A stretch of DNA of 50,132 nucleotides from Minisyncoccota bacterium (GCA_958295675.1 OY282360.1:1-50132); one strand, 5' to 3'. Positions 8,379 to 18,637 are shown, numbered from the stretch's first letter. Translations and numbers: made by a program. The notes: a model not told the origin generated them from the letters alone.

Positions 8379-11300
8379 ATGAAATTCGGCTATCTCAATG
8401 TTCACAGTCACTATTCCCTACTTCGGGGTATAGCAAAGGTGCCGAAGATACTTGAAAAGGCGAAAGAGATGGGATGCGACACAGTGGCACTCACTGACAC
8501 GCACAACATGTATGGTGCGGTTGAGTTTTACAAAAAAGCGAAAGATATGGATATGCGACCCATTCTCGGTGTCACATTATTTGTTCGAGAAACGGAAAGC
8601 CCGCAGTTTCATCCGATTGTGCTCCTTGCGGAAAACAAGAAAGGATATCACAACATACTGATGCTTATCACCATGGCACACTTCGCTGAGGGTAACACGC
8701 CGTTTCTGACATATGAACAGATAGCGAAGTACAAAGACGGCATCATCGCGCTGTTGCCGGCGCTATACAACCCGGTGCAGCAGGCATTGGCACAGGACAA
8801 TATAGACGGTGCGAAAAAATATCTTAAGAACTACACGAGCATATTTACAAACAACAATGTATTTCTCGGCATATCCCCGCAGAATCCGACACCGAAAGAC
8901 GGTACACATATAAAACCGGCGACTGAAGCGATGGTGAATCTGGCGAAGGAAAACGGTGTCGGTGTCATTCCGCTGCCGCTGGTGTACCTGCTGAACGAGG
9001 ATGACACGGAAGGGCGCGAAGTGCTATTGCGCATTCAGAGTACTCAACTCTCCCCACAGGAAGACGGAGTATTTGAAGACCCATTATTGCTCCCGCAACG
9101 GAAGGATATTGAAGAGTGGGTGCAGACGATCTGTCCGGAATCACTGGAAACACTTGACACTATCATCAAACGATGTGATTGGGAACTTGAACTCGGCACA
9201 TGGGTGTTTCCGACACCTCCGGTACCTGAAGGTGCCGACCGTGTCGCTCTGTTGCGCGAATATATTGATAACGGCTATGAACAGCGCGGATTGCAAAAAA
9301 CAGAAGAGACCGAAGAACGGATTGAAACAGAGCTGCGAACAATTGTCGGACGCGGATATACGGATTATTTCCTCAGTGTGATTGATCTCATTCGGTATAT
9401 GCACAAGAACGGCATTCTCACCACCACACGGGGATCCGCCGCCGGCTCAATGGTGTCATACCTCGCAGGTATCACAAATGTGAATCCGATTGAGTACCAG
9501 TTGCCGTTTGAGCGTTTTCTGAACCCGTTCCGCCCTTCCCCGCCCGATGTTGATTTAGACATTGCTGATAATCGACGGAACGAGGTGATTGACTACATTA
9601 CAGAACGATTCGGGAAAGAGAAGGTGGCGCAAATCGGCACACTAGGAACCATGATGGCCCGGGCGGCGGTACGGGACACCGCGCGGGCGCTCGGGTATTC
9701 ATACATGAACGGCGATCGTATCGCCCGACTGATACCCATGGGCGTACAAGGCAGCCCTATGTATATTGACAAGGCAATGGATGAGGTAAGTGAGCTCAAG
9801 GAACTCTATGAATCAGATGAAACCGCGCGGCACATCATCACGGTCGCCAAGAAAATAGAGGGAAACGCGCGGCACATATCAGTGCATGCCGCGGGCGTGG
9901 TGATATCGCCGACCACAATAGTGGAATACACGCCGCTTGAGCAGGACCCGAAGGGTATAACAAACCGCCCGGTCACACAGTACAACATGCACGCTGTTGA
10001 GGATGCGGGCATGCTGAAGTTTGATATACTCGGCCTCACCAACCTCGCAATTCTTGCCGGCGCAGTGGCACTTGTAAAAAAGGACAGGGGTGAAGATATA
10101 GATGTTGAAAAAATTCCGATGGATGATCCGAAGACATTCACCATGATCAGCCGCGGATATACAACAGGTGTCTTCCAGTTGGGCGGCGACGGCATGACCG
10201 CTGTTCTGAAGAAGATGAAACCGACGACCATACACGACATCGCGGCAATTGTCGCGCTCTACCGTCCGGGACCGATGCGGAATATAGATGAGTATATTGA
10301 ACGAAAACAGGGGCGCAAACCGGCGACCTACCTCCATCCGGACATGGAAAAATATCTGAAAAATTCATACGGCGTGCTGGTATACCAGGACGACCTGCTC
10401 TACACCGCCATTGAGATAGCCGGCTACAACTGGAAAGAGGTGGATGTGTTCAGAAAAGCGGTCGGCAAGAAAATACCGGAACTGATGGCGCAACAGGAAA
10501 AAATTTTTAAAGAGCGCGTGCGGGAGCGCACCAAAATGCCGAACATTAAGGTTGATAAACTATGGAACCTGTTTGACCCGTTCAAGGGATACGGCTTCAA
10601 CAAAGCGCACGCCATGAGTTACGCAAAGGTCGCGTACCAAACGGCATACATGAAAGCGCACTTCCCCGCGCAGTATATGACCGCACATCTCAACGCGGTC
10701 GCCGGTGAAACAGAAAATGTCTCGGACATCATCTATGAATCAAAACGAATAGGATTGAAGGTGCTGCCGCCGGGACTGAATGAATCCGAAGATTTATTCA
10801 CCACAGAAAAAAATGAAAACCGGCATGAGGACATTCGTATCGGACTCGCGACTATCAAGCAGGTCGGTCACGCAGCCGCCGAGGCGATTATGAAAGAGCG
10901 AAAAAATGGCGGTCCGTACGCATCGTTAGAGGACTTTTTCATGCGCATCGCGCCGCACAAGGTTATCAACCGCAGAAATGCAGAAGCGCTCATCAAGGTT
11001 GGCGTGTTTGACGCATTTAAAAAGCGGAATGTGCTTTTAGGAAACATAGAATTACTCCTGCACTGCGTAAAGGACGCGCACACGAATATAGATCAATGCG
11101 CGCTCTTTGATGCCGCGCCGACCGTGTCACTGAATCTCAAACCGGCAACTGAGCAGGTGCATAAAATACAGGAACTCTACTGGGAGAAAGAACTGCTCGG
11201 CGTGTATGTCTCGGGACACCCGCTCCACTCATTTATCCGCGAAGGATTGCGCATAAGCGACATCAAACGCAAGGAGAAAAACAGCAAGGTGCTGACCACC

Positions 11301-11690
11301 GCCGTCATCGGACAGATGAGGCCGTTCAGAAACAAGTCAGGCGAAAAGATGTACTTCATCAGTTTGGAGGATGACACAAACGAAAAAATAGAGGCGGTCT
11401 GTTTCCCGGATGTGGCGAATGACGAAAAGGTGGAGCCGCTGCTCGCGCCCAACCGACCGGTGAAAGTGCGCGGCGGCACCACAATGCGCAATGAGCAGAT
11501 GACCATACGAATCGACAGCATTGAGATGCCCGCACCGGCACCGGCGGCACCGTCAGGAGGGGATAAAGAGAATGTCCTTCAGCGTCAGCCCGTCACGGAC
11601 AACACCGCCCCCGAAAACGATAAGAAGGATGAGCAGTATGCCGGCAAAGAGCAGCGCACCGGCATGCGGATCACGGAATACATCTCTTAA
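8379..11690 (+). CDS. dnaE: DNA polymerase III alpha subunit
   Basis: 1103 aa. PHP domain (NVHSHYSLL), GSAAGS, RFLNPFRPSPPDVDLD, FDILGL, YRPGPM, and an OB-fold region near the C-terminus. The last ~55 aa are low-complexity and overlap a convergent ORF. Confidence 0.95.
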   Translation: MKFGYLNVHSHYSLLRGIAKVPKILEKAKEMGCDTVALTDTHNMYGAVEFYKKAKDMDMRPILGVTLFVRETESPQFHPIVLLAENKKGYHNILMLITMAHFAEGNTPFLTYEQIAKYKDGIIALLPALYNPVQQALAQDNIDGAKKYLKNYTSIFTNNNVFLGISPQNPTPKDGTHIKPATEAMVNLAKENGVGVIPLPLVYLLNEDDTEGREVLLRIQSTQLSPQEDGVFEDPLLLPQRKDIEEWVQTICPESLETLDTIIKRCDWELELGTWVFPTPPVPEGADRVALLREYIDNGYEQRGLQKTEETEERIETELRTIVGRGYTDYFLSVIDLIRYMHKNGILTTTRGSAAGSMVSYLAGITNVNPIEYQLPFERFLNPFRPSPPDVDLDIADNRRNEVIDYITERFGKEKVAQIGTLGTMMARAAVRDTARALGYSYMNGDRIARLIPMGVQGSPMYIDKAMDEVSELKELYESDETARHIITVAKKIEGNARHISVHAAGVVISPTTIVEYTPLEQDPKGITNRPVTQYNMHAVEDAGMLKFDILGLTNLAILAGAVALVKKDRGEDIDVEKIPMDDPKTFTMISRGYTTGVFQLGGDGMTAVLKKMKPTTIHDIAAIVALYRPGPMRNIDEYIERKQGRKPATYLHPDMEKYLKNSYGVLVYQDDLLYTAIEIAGYNWKEVDVFRKAVGKKIPELMAQQEKIFKERVRERTKMPNIKVDKLWNLFDPFKGYGFNKAHAMSYAKVAYQTAYMKAHFPAQYMTAHLNAVAGETENVSDIIYESKRIGLKVLPPGLNESEDLFTTEKNENRHEDIRIGLATIKQVGHAAAEAIMKERKNGGPYASLEDFFMRIAPHKVINRRNAEALIKVGVFDAFKKRNVLLGNIELLLHCVKDAHTNIDQCALFDAAPTVSLNLKPATEQVHKIQELYWEKELLGVYVSGHPLHSFIREGLRISDIKRKEKNSKVLTTAVIGQMRPFRNKSGEKMYFISLEDDTNEKIEAVCFPDVANDEKVEPLLAPNRPVKVRGGTTMRNEQMTIRIDSIEMPAPAPAAPSGGDKENVLQRQPVTDNTAPENDKKDEQYAGKEQRTGMRITEYIS

Positions 11691-11786
11691 CTGCTGCAAC
11701 CCACCCTTAAATCCGCCGTTCAGAAAAAGAAAAAAGATAACAACGACAATAATGACAAAAAATAGGAGCCAACCTTGGTAAGTCAT
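11553..11786 (-). CDS. Possible small two-TM membrane protein at the end of the ABC exporter operon
   Basis: ORF 11553..11810, with the internal ATG at 11786 (MTYQGWLLFFVIIVVVIFFLFL...GALLFAGILLILLIVFGGG). It has two clear hydrophobic helices, but it overlaps the dnaE 3' tail by ~138 nt on the opposite strand, so only one of the two readings may be real there. Confidence 0.3.
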   Translation of the reverse strand: MTYQGWLLFFVIIVVVIFFLFLNGGFKGGLQQLRDVFRDPHAGALLFAGILLILLIVFGGGVVRDGLTLKDILFIPS

Positions 11787-11806
11787 ACAACGCACAGTAT
11801 ACCGTA

Positions 11807-12520
11807 TCACCGCGCATGTTGTTTTGATCGTTTCGGCCGACCGTCCTTCTCTATTACCCCGTCCTTCAGAACAATCAAACGGGATGCTTCCTCCGCGTAC
11901 TCCAATTCATGCGTCACCATAACGATGGTCTGTCCCGCGCGGTGCAGTTCATGAAAGATGTCTATCACCTGCCGGGACCGATCGCCGTCAAGATTGGCGG
12001 TCGGCTCATCGGCAAAAAGAACCGACGGCTGATGCACAATAGCGCGGGCAATGGAGACACGCTGGCTCTCGCCACCTGAAAGCTGACTCGGCGTGTGGTT
12101 TATGCGATCCGCCATACCGAAGCGGGAGAGTGCCTTAACCGCCTGTTTTTTAGCACTCTGAAGCGGTGTGCCGCGCATCAGCACAGGCAGCGCGACATTC
12201 TCCCACGCGCGCATCTCCGGCAGCAGCGCGTAATCCTGAAACACAAAACCGAAAGTTTCCAGGCGATAGGATGTTTTCTGACGCATGGACATGGAAGCGG
12301 CATCCGTGTCGCCGACGAATACAGTGCCGGCAGTCGGGACATCCAACAGACCGATTTGATACACCAAGGTGCTCTTCCCCGCCCCGGACGCGCCGGTAAT
12401 AGCGACAAACTCGCCCTCAGAGACGGTCATATCAATACCCTTGAGTACCGCGGTCACCTGCGCGCCGTCCTGAAATGATTTCTGTAATTGTTTTGCCTGT
12501 AATACTTGCATATACCTCAT
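11807..12520 (-). CDS. ABC transporter ATP-binding protein (MacB/LolD/FtsE-like)
   Basis: Walker A GASGAGKST, ABC signature LSGGESQR, Walker B LFADEPT and an H-loop VTHE. Confidence 0.9.
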   Translation of the reverse strand: MRYMQVLQAKQLQKSFQDGAQVTAVLKGIDMTVSEGEFVAITGASGAGKSTLVYQIGLLDVPTAGTVFVGDTDAASMSMRQKTSYRLETFGFVFQDYALLPEMRAWENVALPVLMRGTPLQSAKKQAVKALSRFGMADRINHTPSQLSGGESQRVSIARAIVHQPSVLFADEPTANLDGDRSRQVIDIFHELHRAGQTIVMVTHELEYAEEASRLIVLKDGVIEKDGRPKRSKQHAR

Positions 12521-12522
12521 TA

Positions 12523-13860
12523 TTATCGCCCGCGTACGGAATCAATTGCCGGTCGCCGAATGATGCGGTGAGCAGGTATGAGCCCTGCGATAGCGGTCGC
12601 GAACAGCAGAAGGGCGACATACAGCGTGGTACGCGGCGTGGTCACATATAGCACGCCGTCACTGAACGGAAACGGTATCGGATTCGCGGCGAAAAACGGC
12701 ACGAGCAGCAGGTACAGAACGGCAAGCCCGAGAGAGACACCGAGAAAGGCGAAAAACAATGCGTACAGTACATACGAAATGCGGATTGCAGTCGGTGTAA
12801 TCCCTATCGCTTTCAGAATGCCTATAAACTTCTGCCGAGAAACGGCGGTCACAAAAATAATTATAAAAATAGTGATGGATGAAACCGCCAGACCGATGGA
12901 GCCGACGACCATGCCGAGCATTCTGAACACGGTCCGTACATCATCCAGAAATGATCCTATCGCTTCATCAACCGTCTCTATAGTGGCATACATCCCGAAA
13001 CCGTCCCGAAGCAATCGTTCTTTCACCACAACAGCATCCTGCGAATCAAACAGCCGCACGGCAATGCCGGAGACATCGTTCGCGGGATTCGAGACATGGC
13101 CGCGCGCCTCATCAATGTGCATCATAATATTGAGATCCAGCTCACCCGCCTTGGTGCGGTACACCCCCCGCACCCGGTACTTCTGCAGCACACCGCCGGG
13201 GTTCGCGCGCCGCACCTGCACCGATCCCGGCTGCTCAGCATCACTGCCGCCGACGGATAAAAAGTCACCGCTCTTGGTATCGCCGAGCCGGATATAGACA
13301 AAGTCCCCGGGATACACACCGGAGAGTACGCCCGCGCCGAACGGCGAGTAACGCTCAAGCAGCGCGCTGCCGATAAGCACATCGCGCCGGCTGCCGTTCG
13401 CGCTGAAATACTCACCCTCAAGCAGATGATCCTGCAGATTGGTTGTCATTGATTCAGATGCCGGATCAACGCCGAGCACGGTTGTCCTGACACTCTGCCG
13501 TTTCTCATTCGCGTTTATAACATTAAAAATCTCACTCTCGGTAATCACCTCTGCGCTGACACCGAGACGGGGCGACATTGATTCAACCCGAGGGTCCGAA
13601 CGCAAAACCGGCAGAATATGCTGTGTCCGATTCACGAATGTTTCCCCCTCTTTCGGCGAAACATACACATCACCGATAGCGCGCTCGCGCAAACCGTCAA
13701 AAGAACCGACCACAATACCCTCAAGAATACCGCCGATAACGGTGAGGTTCAGGAAAGTGAGCAGCATCACAAAAGTAATCAGCACTGTTGTCCATGGATT
13801 CGCCCCGCGGACATACCGCGCGGTAAGAAAGAATCCGACTGCGATATCACTTTTCTTCAT
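12523..13860 (-). CDS. ABC transporter permease, FtsX/MacB family
   Basis: ORF 12523..13887. I chose the ATG at 13860 (MKKSDIAV...), which overlaps the upstream stop. Layout is an N-terminal TM, a large extracytoplasmic domain, then a C-terminal three-TM FtsX-like block (ILKAIGITPTAI...). Confidence 0.85.
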   Translation of the reverse strand: MKKSDIAVGFFLTARYVRGANPWTTVLITFVMLLTFLNLTVIGGILEGIVVGSFDGLRERAIGDVYVSPKEGETFVNRTQHILPVLRSDPRVESMSPRLGVSAEVITESEIFNVINANEKRQSVRTTVLGVDPASESMTTNLQDHLLEGEYFSANGSRRDVLIGSALLERYSPFGAGVLSGVYPGDFVYIRLGDTKSGDFLSVGGSDAEQPGSVQVRRANPGGVLQKYRVRGVYRTKAGELDLNIMMHIDEARGHVSNPANDVSGIAVRLFDSQDAVVVKERLLRDGFGMYATIETVDEAIGSFLDDVRTVFRMLGMVVGSIGLAVSSITIFIIIFVTAVSRQKFIGILKAIGITPTAIRISYVLYALFFAFLGVSLGLAVLYLLLVPFFAANPIPFPFSDGVLYVTTPRTTLYVALLLFATAIAGLIPAHRIIRRPAIDSVRGR

Positions 13861-15400
13861 GAAGGTCGTCCTTAAGAATGACGACATCGTCCGTGGTCAA
13901 CTCGCCCGTCACCACCACAGCGCCATCCTCAAGATGCGCGCCGACGCTCACCGGCACAGTCATCCTGTCCCCGCCGCGCTCTACAATCACATACTCTTCG
14001 GAATCGCGCTTCATCACCGCGCTTCGCGGCACAGCGAACACAGCAACCGCGACACCGACCGGAATACGCACATTAACCGTCATCCCGGAACGAAGAGTAA
14101 CATCAGAATCCTCCACATCAAACACGACCGTATACACGGGCACATCATTAATCCGCTTTTCTGTCGCGTCAACGGTGCGCACCCGCACAGCAATCCGCTC
14201 ACCGGTCGCTTCAACAACCGCCCGCATACTCTGATCCGGGCTGATGTTCTGTATCTCCACTTCCGTCACATTCACAGAAAGGTCGTAACCGTCCTGCGAA
14301 ACAAACCGAACCGCTTCCGTTCCCGGCTGCACAAATTCTCCGACACGCACAAAGACCTCGCCGATGATACCGGAAAACGGTGCCCGCACCTGCGTCTTCG
14401 CCAATTGCAGTTCAAGCCGGTTCAGTCGTTCCTGTTCGGCATCCACCTGCGCTTTCTGCGCGAGCCGATCCGCTTCCGTGCTGCCGGCAAGGGATTCATC
14501 CGACTGAGCGAGCGTGAGGTTATATTTCGCCCGAGCGACCGCCATCTCATTCAAATGCTTCGTAACGGACACCGTCGCATCAAGCAGCACACTGCGCATT
14601 TTCGCCAACAGCAGCACGGTATTCTGATTCTGCTCCTGGAATGAACGAATCGGCAGCAGAAAATCATAGGTTTCAACGATGCCGTCGTACAGCACCCGCA
14701 AATCTTTGGAGAACTGCCGCAAAATCACCGCGACCTGCTGATAGTTTGTCGTATCAATATTTGACCATGCGCGCCAACGGTTAAAGATGTCCTCCGCACC
14801 CTTCCGCACCCTGTTTATCCGCTGCTTCGTCAGGACGGATACATCTCCGACGAACAACGGATCATCCAATGTGCCGCCGAAAAAGGAGTCCAGTTCGGTA
14901 TGCACCATATTCTCAATTTTCACAGCAGTCTGCTGTGCGGTAACAAGCGCGAGACGCACCTCGTTCTCTAAAATTTGTTCGGAAACATCAGCATTTGCCT
15001 GCACACGAACCCGCTCGTTCTGCTCCGGTCCCTCAACAAAACTGTTCAAACGAACCTTTTCCCGCTCAAGCTGCGACTGCTGCGCGTCCGCTTCCGCTCG
15101 GAGCGTCGCTGCATCAAGCGTGGCGATAACAGACCCGGCGGCAACAGTATCACCCGCCTCATAGTGCACCTGCCGCACCGCACCGCCCTCTTCAAACGCC
15201 AAAGTCACATCATTCCGCGCCTCAATAGTGCCGGTCGCCACAGCGAAATCCTGATGCTGAGTAAGAACAACCTGCGCTCGATTTTTACCGTTAGATTCTG
15301 CCATATCGTACAATAGATTACTAAGAAAAGTATACACCAAAAAAGCGACCCCGAGCACGGCGATAACGAACAAAAAATACTTGAATGAAAAAATTTTCAT
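13847..15400 (-). CDS. HlyD/MacA-family periplasmic adaptor (membrane fusion protein) with a long coiled-coil
   Basis: N-terminal TM anchor, a lipoyl-like segment (GTIEARNDVTLAFEEGGAVRQVHYEAGDTVAAGSVIATLD), a long helical hairpin, and a second half-lipoyl (VRAPFSGIIGEVFVRVGEFV). It is the first gene of a three-gene exporter operon. Confidence 0.8.
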   Translation of the reverse strand: MKIFSFKYFLFVIAVLGVAFLVYTFLSNLLYDMAESNGKNRAQVVLTQHQDFAVATGTIEARNDVTLAFEEGGAVRQVHYEAGDTVAAGSVIATLDAATLRAEADAQQSQLEREKVRLNSFVEGPEQNERVRVQANADVSEQILENEVRLALVTAQQTAVKIENMVHTELDSFFGGTLDDPLFVGDVSVLTKQRINRVRKGAEDIFNRWRAWSNIDTTNYQQVAVILRQFSKDLRVLYDGIVETYDFLLPIRSFQEQNQNTVLLLAKMRSVLLDATVSVTKHLNEMAVARAKYNLTLAQSDESLAGSTEADRLAQKAQVDAEQERLNRLELQLAKTQVRAPFSGIIGEVFVRVGEFVQPGTEAVRFVSQDGYDLSVNVTEVEIQNISPDQSMRAVVEATGERIAVRVRTVDATEKRINDVPVYTVVFDVEDSDVTLRSGMTVNVRIPVGVAVAVFAVPRSAVMKRDSEEYVIVERGGDRMTVPVSVGAHLEDGAVVVTGELTTDDVVILKDDLHEEK

Positions 15401-15472
15401 GAATTACACCCAGTGTATCACACACGAAGTAGTAAATAGCGAAAAAGAAAGAAAGTGATATAATCAAACTAT

Positions 15473-15545
15473 GGTGCCTATGGTGTAATGGTTAGCACTC
15501 AGGTTTGTGGAACCTGCAGAAAGGGTTCGAATCCCTTTAGGCACC
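15473..15545 (+). tRNA. tRNA-His (anticodon GTG) with encoded G-1
   Basis: Hand fold: G-1 plus acceptor GTGCCTA/TAGGCAC, anticodon stem CAGGT/ACCTG, loop TTGTGGA, T-arm AAGGG-TTCGAAT-CCCTT, discriminator C. Confidence 0.85.
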
Positions 15546-15693
15546 CAATAAAGTTTTCATGGATGGATTTCCTACATATTTGCTACAGTAACTTAGGTTT
15601 CTCTGGCGGTCCTGTCATATGTGAATATAAAGAGATAACAGATCTCTACGACCAACTTCCGCTTACCTACCTTGCAAAACCGGCGCACCCTCT

Positions 15694-16932
15694 TTACTGC
15701 CGCCACTCAAATCGCTCTCGTAAAATATCCTTGTTATGGCTTACCATAATGGAAGATAAATCCTCATTATACATTACCGAAAGATTATTAGTTGCTTCAA
15801 TTGGATTTGAATTTGAGTATATATCCTCAAATTTTACAATCCCGCTATCAACATGCAACACGATGTGGTAATCTTTAATATTTTTGTGTACACTCCGCTC
15901 CATGTATATTAAATTTTTGTAATTGTCTATCAGGATAAATTCCTCTTTGTTCCTCACAAATTTTATAGGAACCACATGATGCAAATCAAAACCATCGCGC
16001 TTGATTACTTTATGATTGGAAAAGTACTCCTGTTTAACACTGAGTCTTCGTTGTTGTCTTGATATTTCAGGAAAGATGCCAAACTTACCTCTGTTTAGCG
16101 CAAAGTTTTTCTCACGAACATCAAAATAAATTGTATTCTTCAATAACTGCATTATCTGTTGAGTTTCATTTCTCCAGTTATGAAAATCTCTCTTTACTGT
16201 TTTACTGCCGTCAAAATTGTCTGGATTGCAATAGTCTTTTAGCATTCTATGAACATTTTTCTTCTGGAGTTCATTGAGATCCCGATACGAACTAAGTAAA
16301 TATATTTTTTCTTCGGCAGTCTTCCGCGTATCGGACAAGATATATTGAAACTCTGTGTACGATATTGAGTCATTACTATACGTACTATGATATATCATCT
16401 CTGCAAGATCAGAAATTGCATCACCAAACAATGTATCTATCTTTCTTGAAAATATATAATATTGACCAACGATTGTTTCTTCTTGTATTAATGCAATCGC
16501 ATCTTCAGTTAATTTTACAAAGTGAACATGAGAACGATTATTTGGATCCAACATTTTTTTATCCTTACCAAACCGGTCTATGAAACCCGCTCGACTGAAG
16601 TCAACAAAGAAATTTTTCTTAAGAGAATTCTCTGTAGTCCTTCCAATTTCACTATTGATTTTCTCAACAACAACAGCAAATTCTGGATGCGTGCCCTCCG
16701 CGCTTTCTCTGATTACATCAGTTGATATATCGCCCAACGGAACAGGTAAAAAATCATCCTGAACAACATCGTACACATTCTTCAAAATCGCTATAACAAT
16801 ATCCATATCATATCTGTTGTGTTGAGAGATTTGTATACCCCGATAATCATCCCGCTGAACCCTTTCAACAATGTATTGCAAGAACTCATTACAGGGTTCT
16901 ATATTCAAAATTTTTTCCAACATCTCTTCCAT
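15694..16932 (-). CDS. Putative restriction endonuclease with a C-terminal HNH-type motif
   Basis: 412 aa, last gene of a three-gene co-oriented cluster with two methyltransferases. The C-terminal region DLHHVVPIKFVRNKEEFILIDNYKNLIYMERSVHKNI fits an H-N-(N)-H nuclease pattern. The segment is AT-rich. Confidence 0.6.
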   Translation of the reverse strand: MEEMLEKILNIEPCNEFLQYIVERVQRDDYRGIQISQHNRYDMDIVIAILKNVYDVVQDDFLPVPLGDISTDVIRESAEGTHPEFAVVVEKINSEIGRTTENSLKKNFFVDFSRAGFIDRFGKDKKMLDPNNRSHVHFVKLTEDAIALIQEETIVGQYYIFSRKIDTLFGDAISDLAEMIYHSTYSNDSISYTEFQYILSDTRKTAEEKIYLLSSYRDLNELQKKNVHRMLKDYCNPDNFDGSKTVKRDFHNWRNETQQIMQLLKNTIYFDVREKNFALNRGKFGIFPEISRQQRRLSVKQEYFSNHKVIKRDGFDLHHVVPIKFVRNKEEFILIDNYKNLIYMERSVHKNIKDYHIVLHVDSGIVKFEDIYSNSNPIEATNNLSVMYNEDLSSIMVSHNKDILRERFEWRQ

Positions 16933-16938
16933 ACATCT

Positions 16939-17784
16939 TTACCCCCTCTTTTTATCAGCAATAAAAAGTGCTTTCTGCATGCTTGGTGATTTAACAACCA
17001 TTTTCCTATTTATACCATGCAAACTATCATTTGCCAAACTAACAAATTCTTCACTACTATCAGCACACAAAAAATTCCTACCTAACACTTTAGAAACCAG
17101 TGCCGTTGTGCCGCTACCAACAAAACAATCGAATACAACATCCCCTTCGTTGCTGCTTGCTCTGATTATCCTCTCCAGCATCTCGGTTGGTTTCGGTGTT
17201 GCATGACTCATTTTCTGAACTTTACCATTTACCTTATTCTTATGCCGTTCACTCGTAATATGCCACACATCCCCACACAACTTGCCGTTCGGATTCGGAA
17301 ACCACCGCTTACCGTTCTTCACAATACCTTTTTTCGCCGCATGCGCAATTCTATCCTTTGATTCATATGCGACACGCACATCGTCAGCATTAAAAACATT
17401 TGGAGACCCTTTTGAAAAAAACAACACTGTCTCCTGATTCGGAATAAATCTGTTTTTCGTATGTGAAAAACCATCTCGCTTATCCCAAGTAATCCAATTC
17501 TGAAACAGCAAATATTCTTTTTGAATCAAGAAATTGAAAATCTTAGCGCAATTATACGGCGTGTTGAAAATATACAAACTGCTACCTCTTTTTAATTTCG
17601 GTAACAGTGCATCTATCCACAAAAAGGTAAATTCAAAAAATGCTTGTTCGCTTGAAAAAGTATCCCAATCGCCTTTATTCAAGAAATATGGAGGATCCAA
17701 AACAGCCAAATCAACACATTCATCCTCAGTTGCTTTCATGAAATCAAAGCAATCAGACACGATAATTTTATTTAAATTTCTCAT
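16939..17784 (-). CDS. DNA methyltransferase, N6A/N4C beta-class (DPPY)
   Basis: Catalytic VLDPPYF near the N-terminus and an AdoMet motif FDCFVGSGTT near the C-terminus, the order of the N6_N4 MTase family. Confidence 0.85.
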   Translation of the reverse strand: MRNLNKIIVSDCFDFMKATEDECVDLAVLDPPYFLNKGDWDTFSSEQAFFEFTFLWIDALLPKLKRGSSLYIFNTPYNCAKIFNFLIQKEYLLFQNWITWDKRDGFSHTKNRFIPNQETVLFFSKGSPNVFNADDVRVAYESKDRIAHAAKKGIVKNGKRWFPNPNGKLCGDVWHITSERHKNKVNGKVQKMSHATPKPTEMLERIIRASSNEGDVVFDCFVGSGTTALVSKVLGRNFLCADSSEEFVSLANDSLHGINRKMVVKSPSMQKALFIADKKRG

Positions 17785-18637
17785 GTTTCCTTGCCTCTTC
17801 TAATTTTTTATTTATAATTTTCGCATAACTTTTCACAACTTCATATCCGATATAGTTTCTACCCCACTCCTTCGCAACCTTAAGCGTGGTGCCAGAGCCG
17901 GCAAACGGATCCAAAACCGTTTCGCCAACAAAGGTAAATAATCGCACGCACCGCTCCACTATTTCCTCAGGCATGAGGGCACAATGGCTTCCGAATGCCA
18001 AATCCTTTTTGTTTGGTACTGGTATATCCCACACTTGTTTTGTGAAGCGCACCCAATCTTTCTGAGTTAACTTACTTTTCTTTTTTATTTCTTCCGGCAA
18101 ATCATTGACGGGTTTACCATCCTTCACAAAAACACTGACAAATTCGGTAGTGTTTTGCGCGTAGAAATTCCTCGGATATGGATAACTGCCGAACATTAAA
18201 CTCTTCCTCGGATTTGTCCTATTCCAAATATACAGGTCATACAAATGCATGTGGCGGATTTTTTTCACTATTGAATTTTCAATGTCGGAAGAGATATTAA
18301 AAATATGCCGGGTATAGTGCTCGCTGTAGTCCTTTTTCGGAACCGGCATTAGTGGTGTATTAATGACAAGTTTTCCATTCGGAGTAAGTACCCGATAACA
18401 TTCTCTCCACACTGACAACACCTCCTTGATGTATGCATCATAACTTTTAATATCACCAATCTGTGCTTTCGCTTTGGTGTGTACCTGTTTTTTTTGGTGT
18501 CCGTCTAAAGCGTAGTTTTTCACATTATAGTACGGTGGACTGGTGACAATGAGGTGCACACTATTGGACGGTACCTCCGCCATACTCTTCGCATCTTTAT
18601 AAAAAACGGTATTGAGAAAATCTATTTTTTTGCGCAT
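17768..18637 (-). CDS. DNA methyltransferase, N4C/N6A beta-class (SPPY)
   Basis: Catalytic TSPPYYN and C-terminal LDPFAGSGTT. It overlaps the next methyltransferase by 17 nt. Confidence 0.85.
   Translation of the reverse strand: MRKKIDFLNTVFYKDAKSMAEVPSNSVHLIVTSPPYYNVKNYALDGHQKKQVHTKAKAQIGDIKSYDAYIKEVLSVWRECYRVLTPNGKLVINTPLMPVPKKDYSEHYTRHIFNISSDIENSIVKKIRHMHLYDLYIWNRTNPRKSLMFGSYPYPRNFYAQNTTEFVSVFVKDGKPVNDLPEEIKKKSKLTQKDWVRFTKQVWDIPVPNKKDLAFGSHCALMPEEIVERCVRLFTFVGETVLDPFAGSGTTLKVAKEWGRNYIGYEVVKSYAKIINKKLEEARKHEKFK

Noticed and set aside
13439-14644. 401-aa plus-strand ORF, plus other long antisense ORFs (12578..13297, 23267..23959, 36515..37072, 49360..49839)
   Set aside because: All are shadow ORFs on the strand opposite motif-supported genes (permease/HlyD adaptor, rplS, ruvA, pilB). 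Their translations are Arg/Ser/His-rich or Cys-rich with no motifs.
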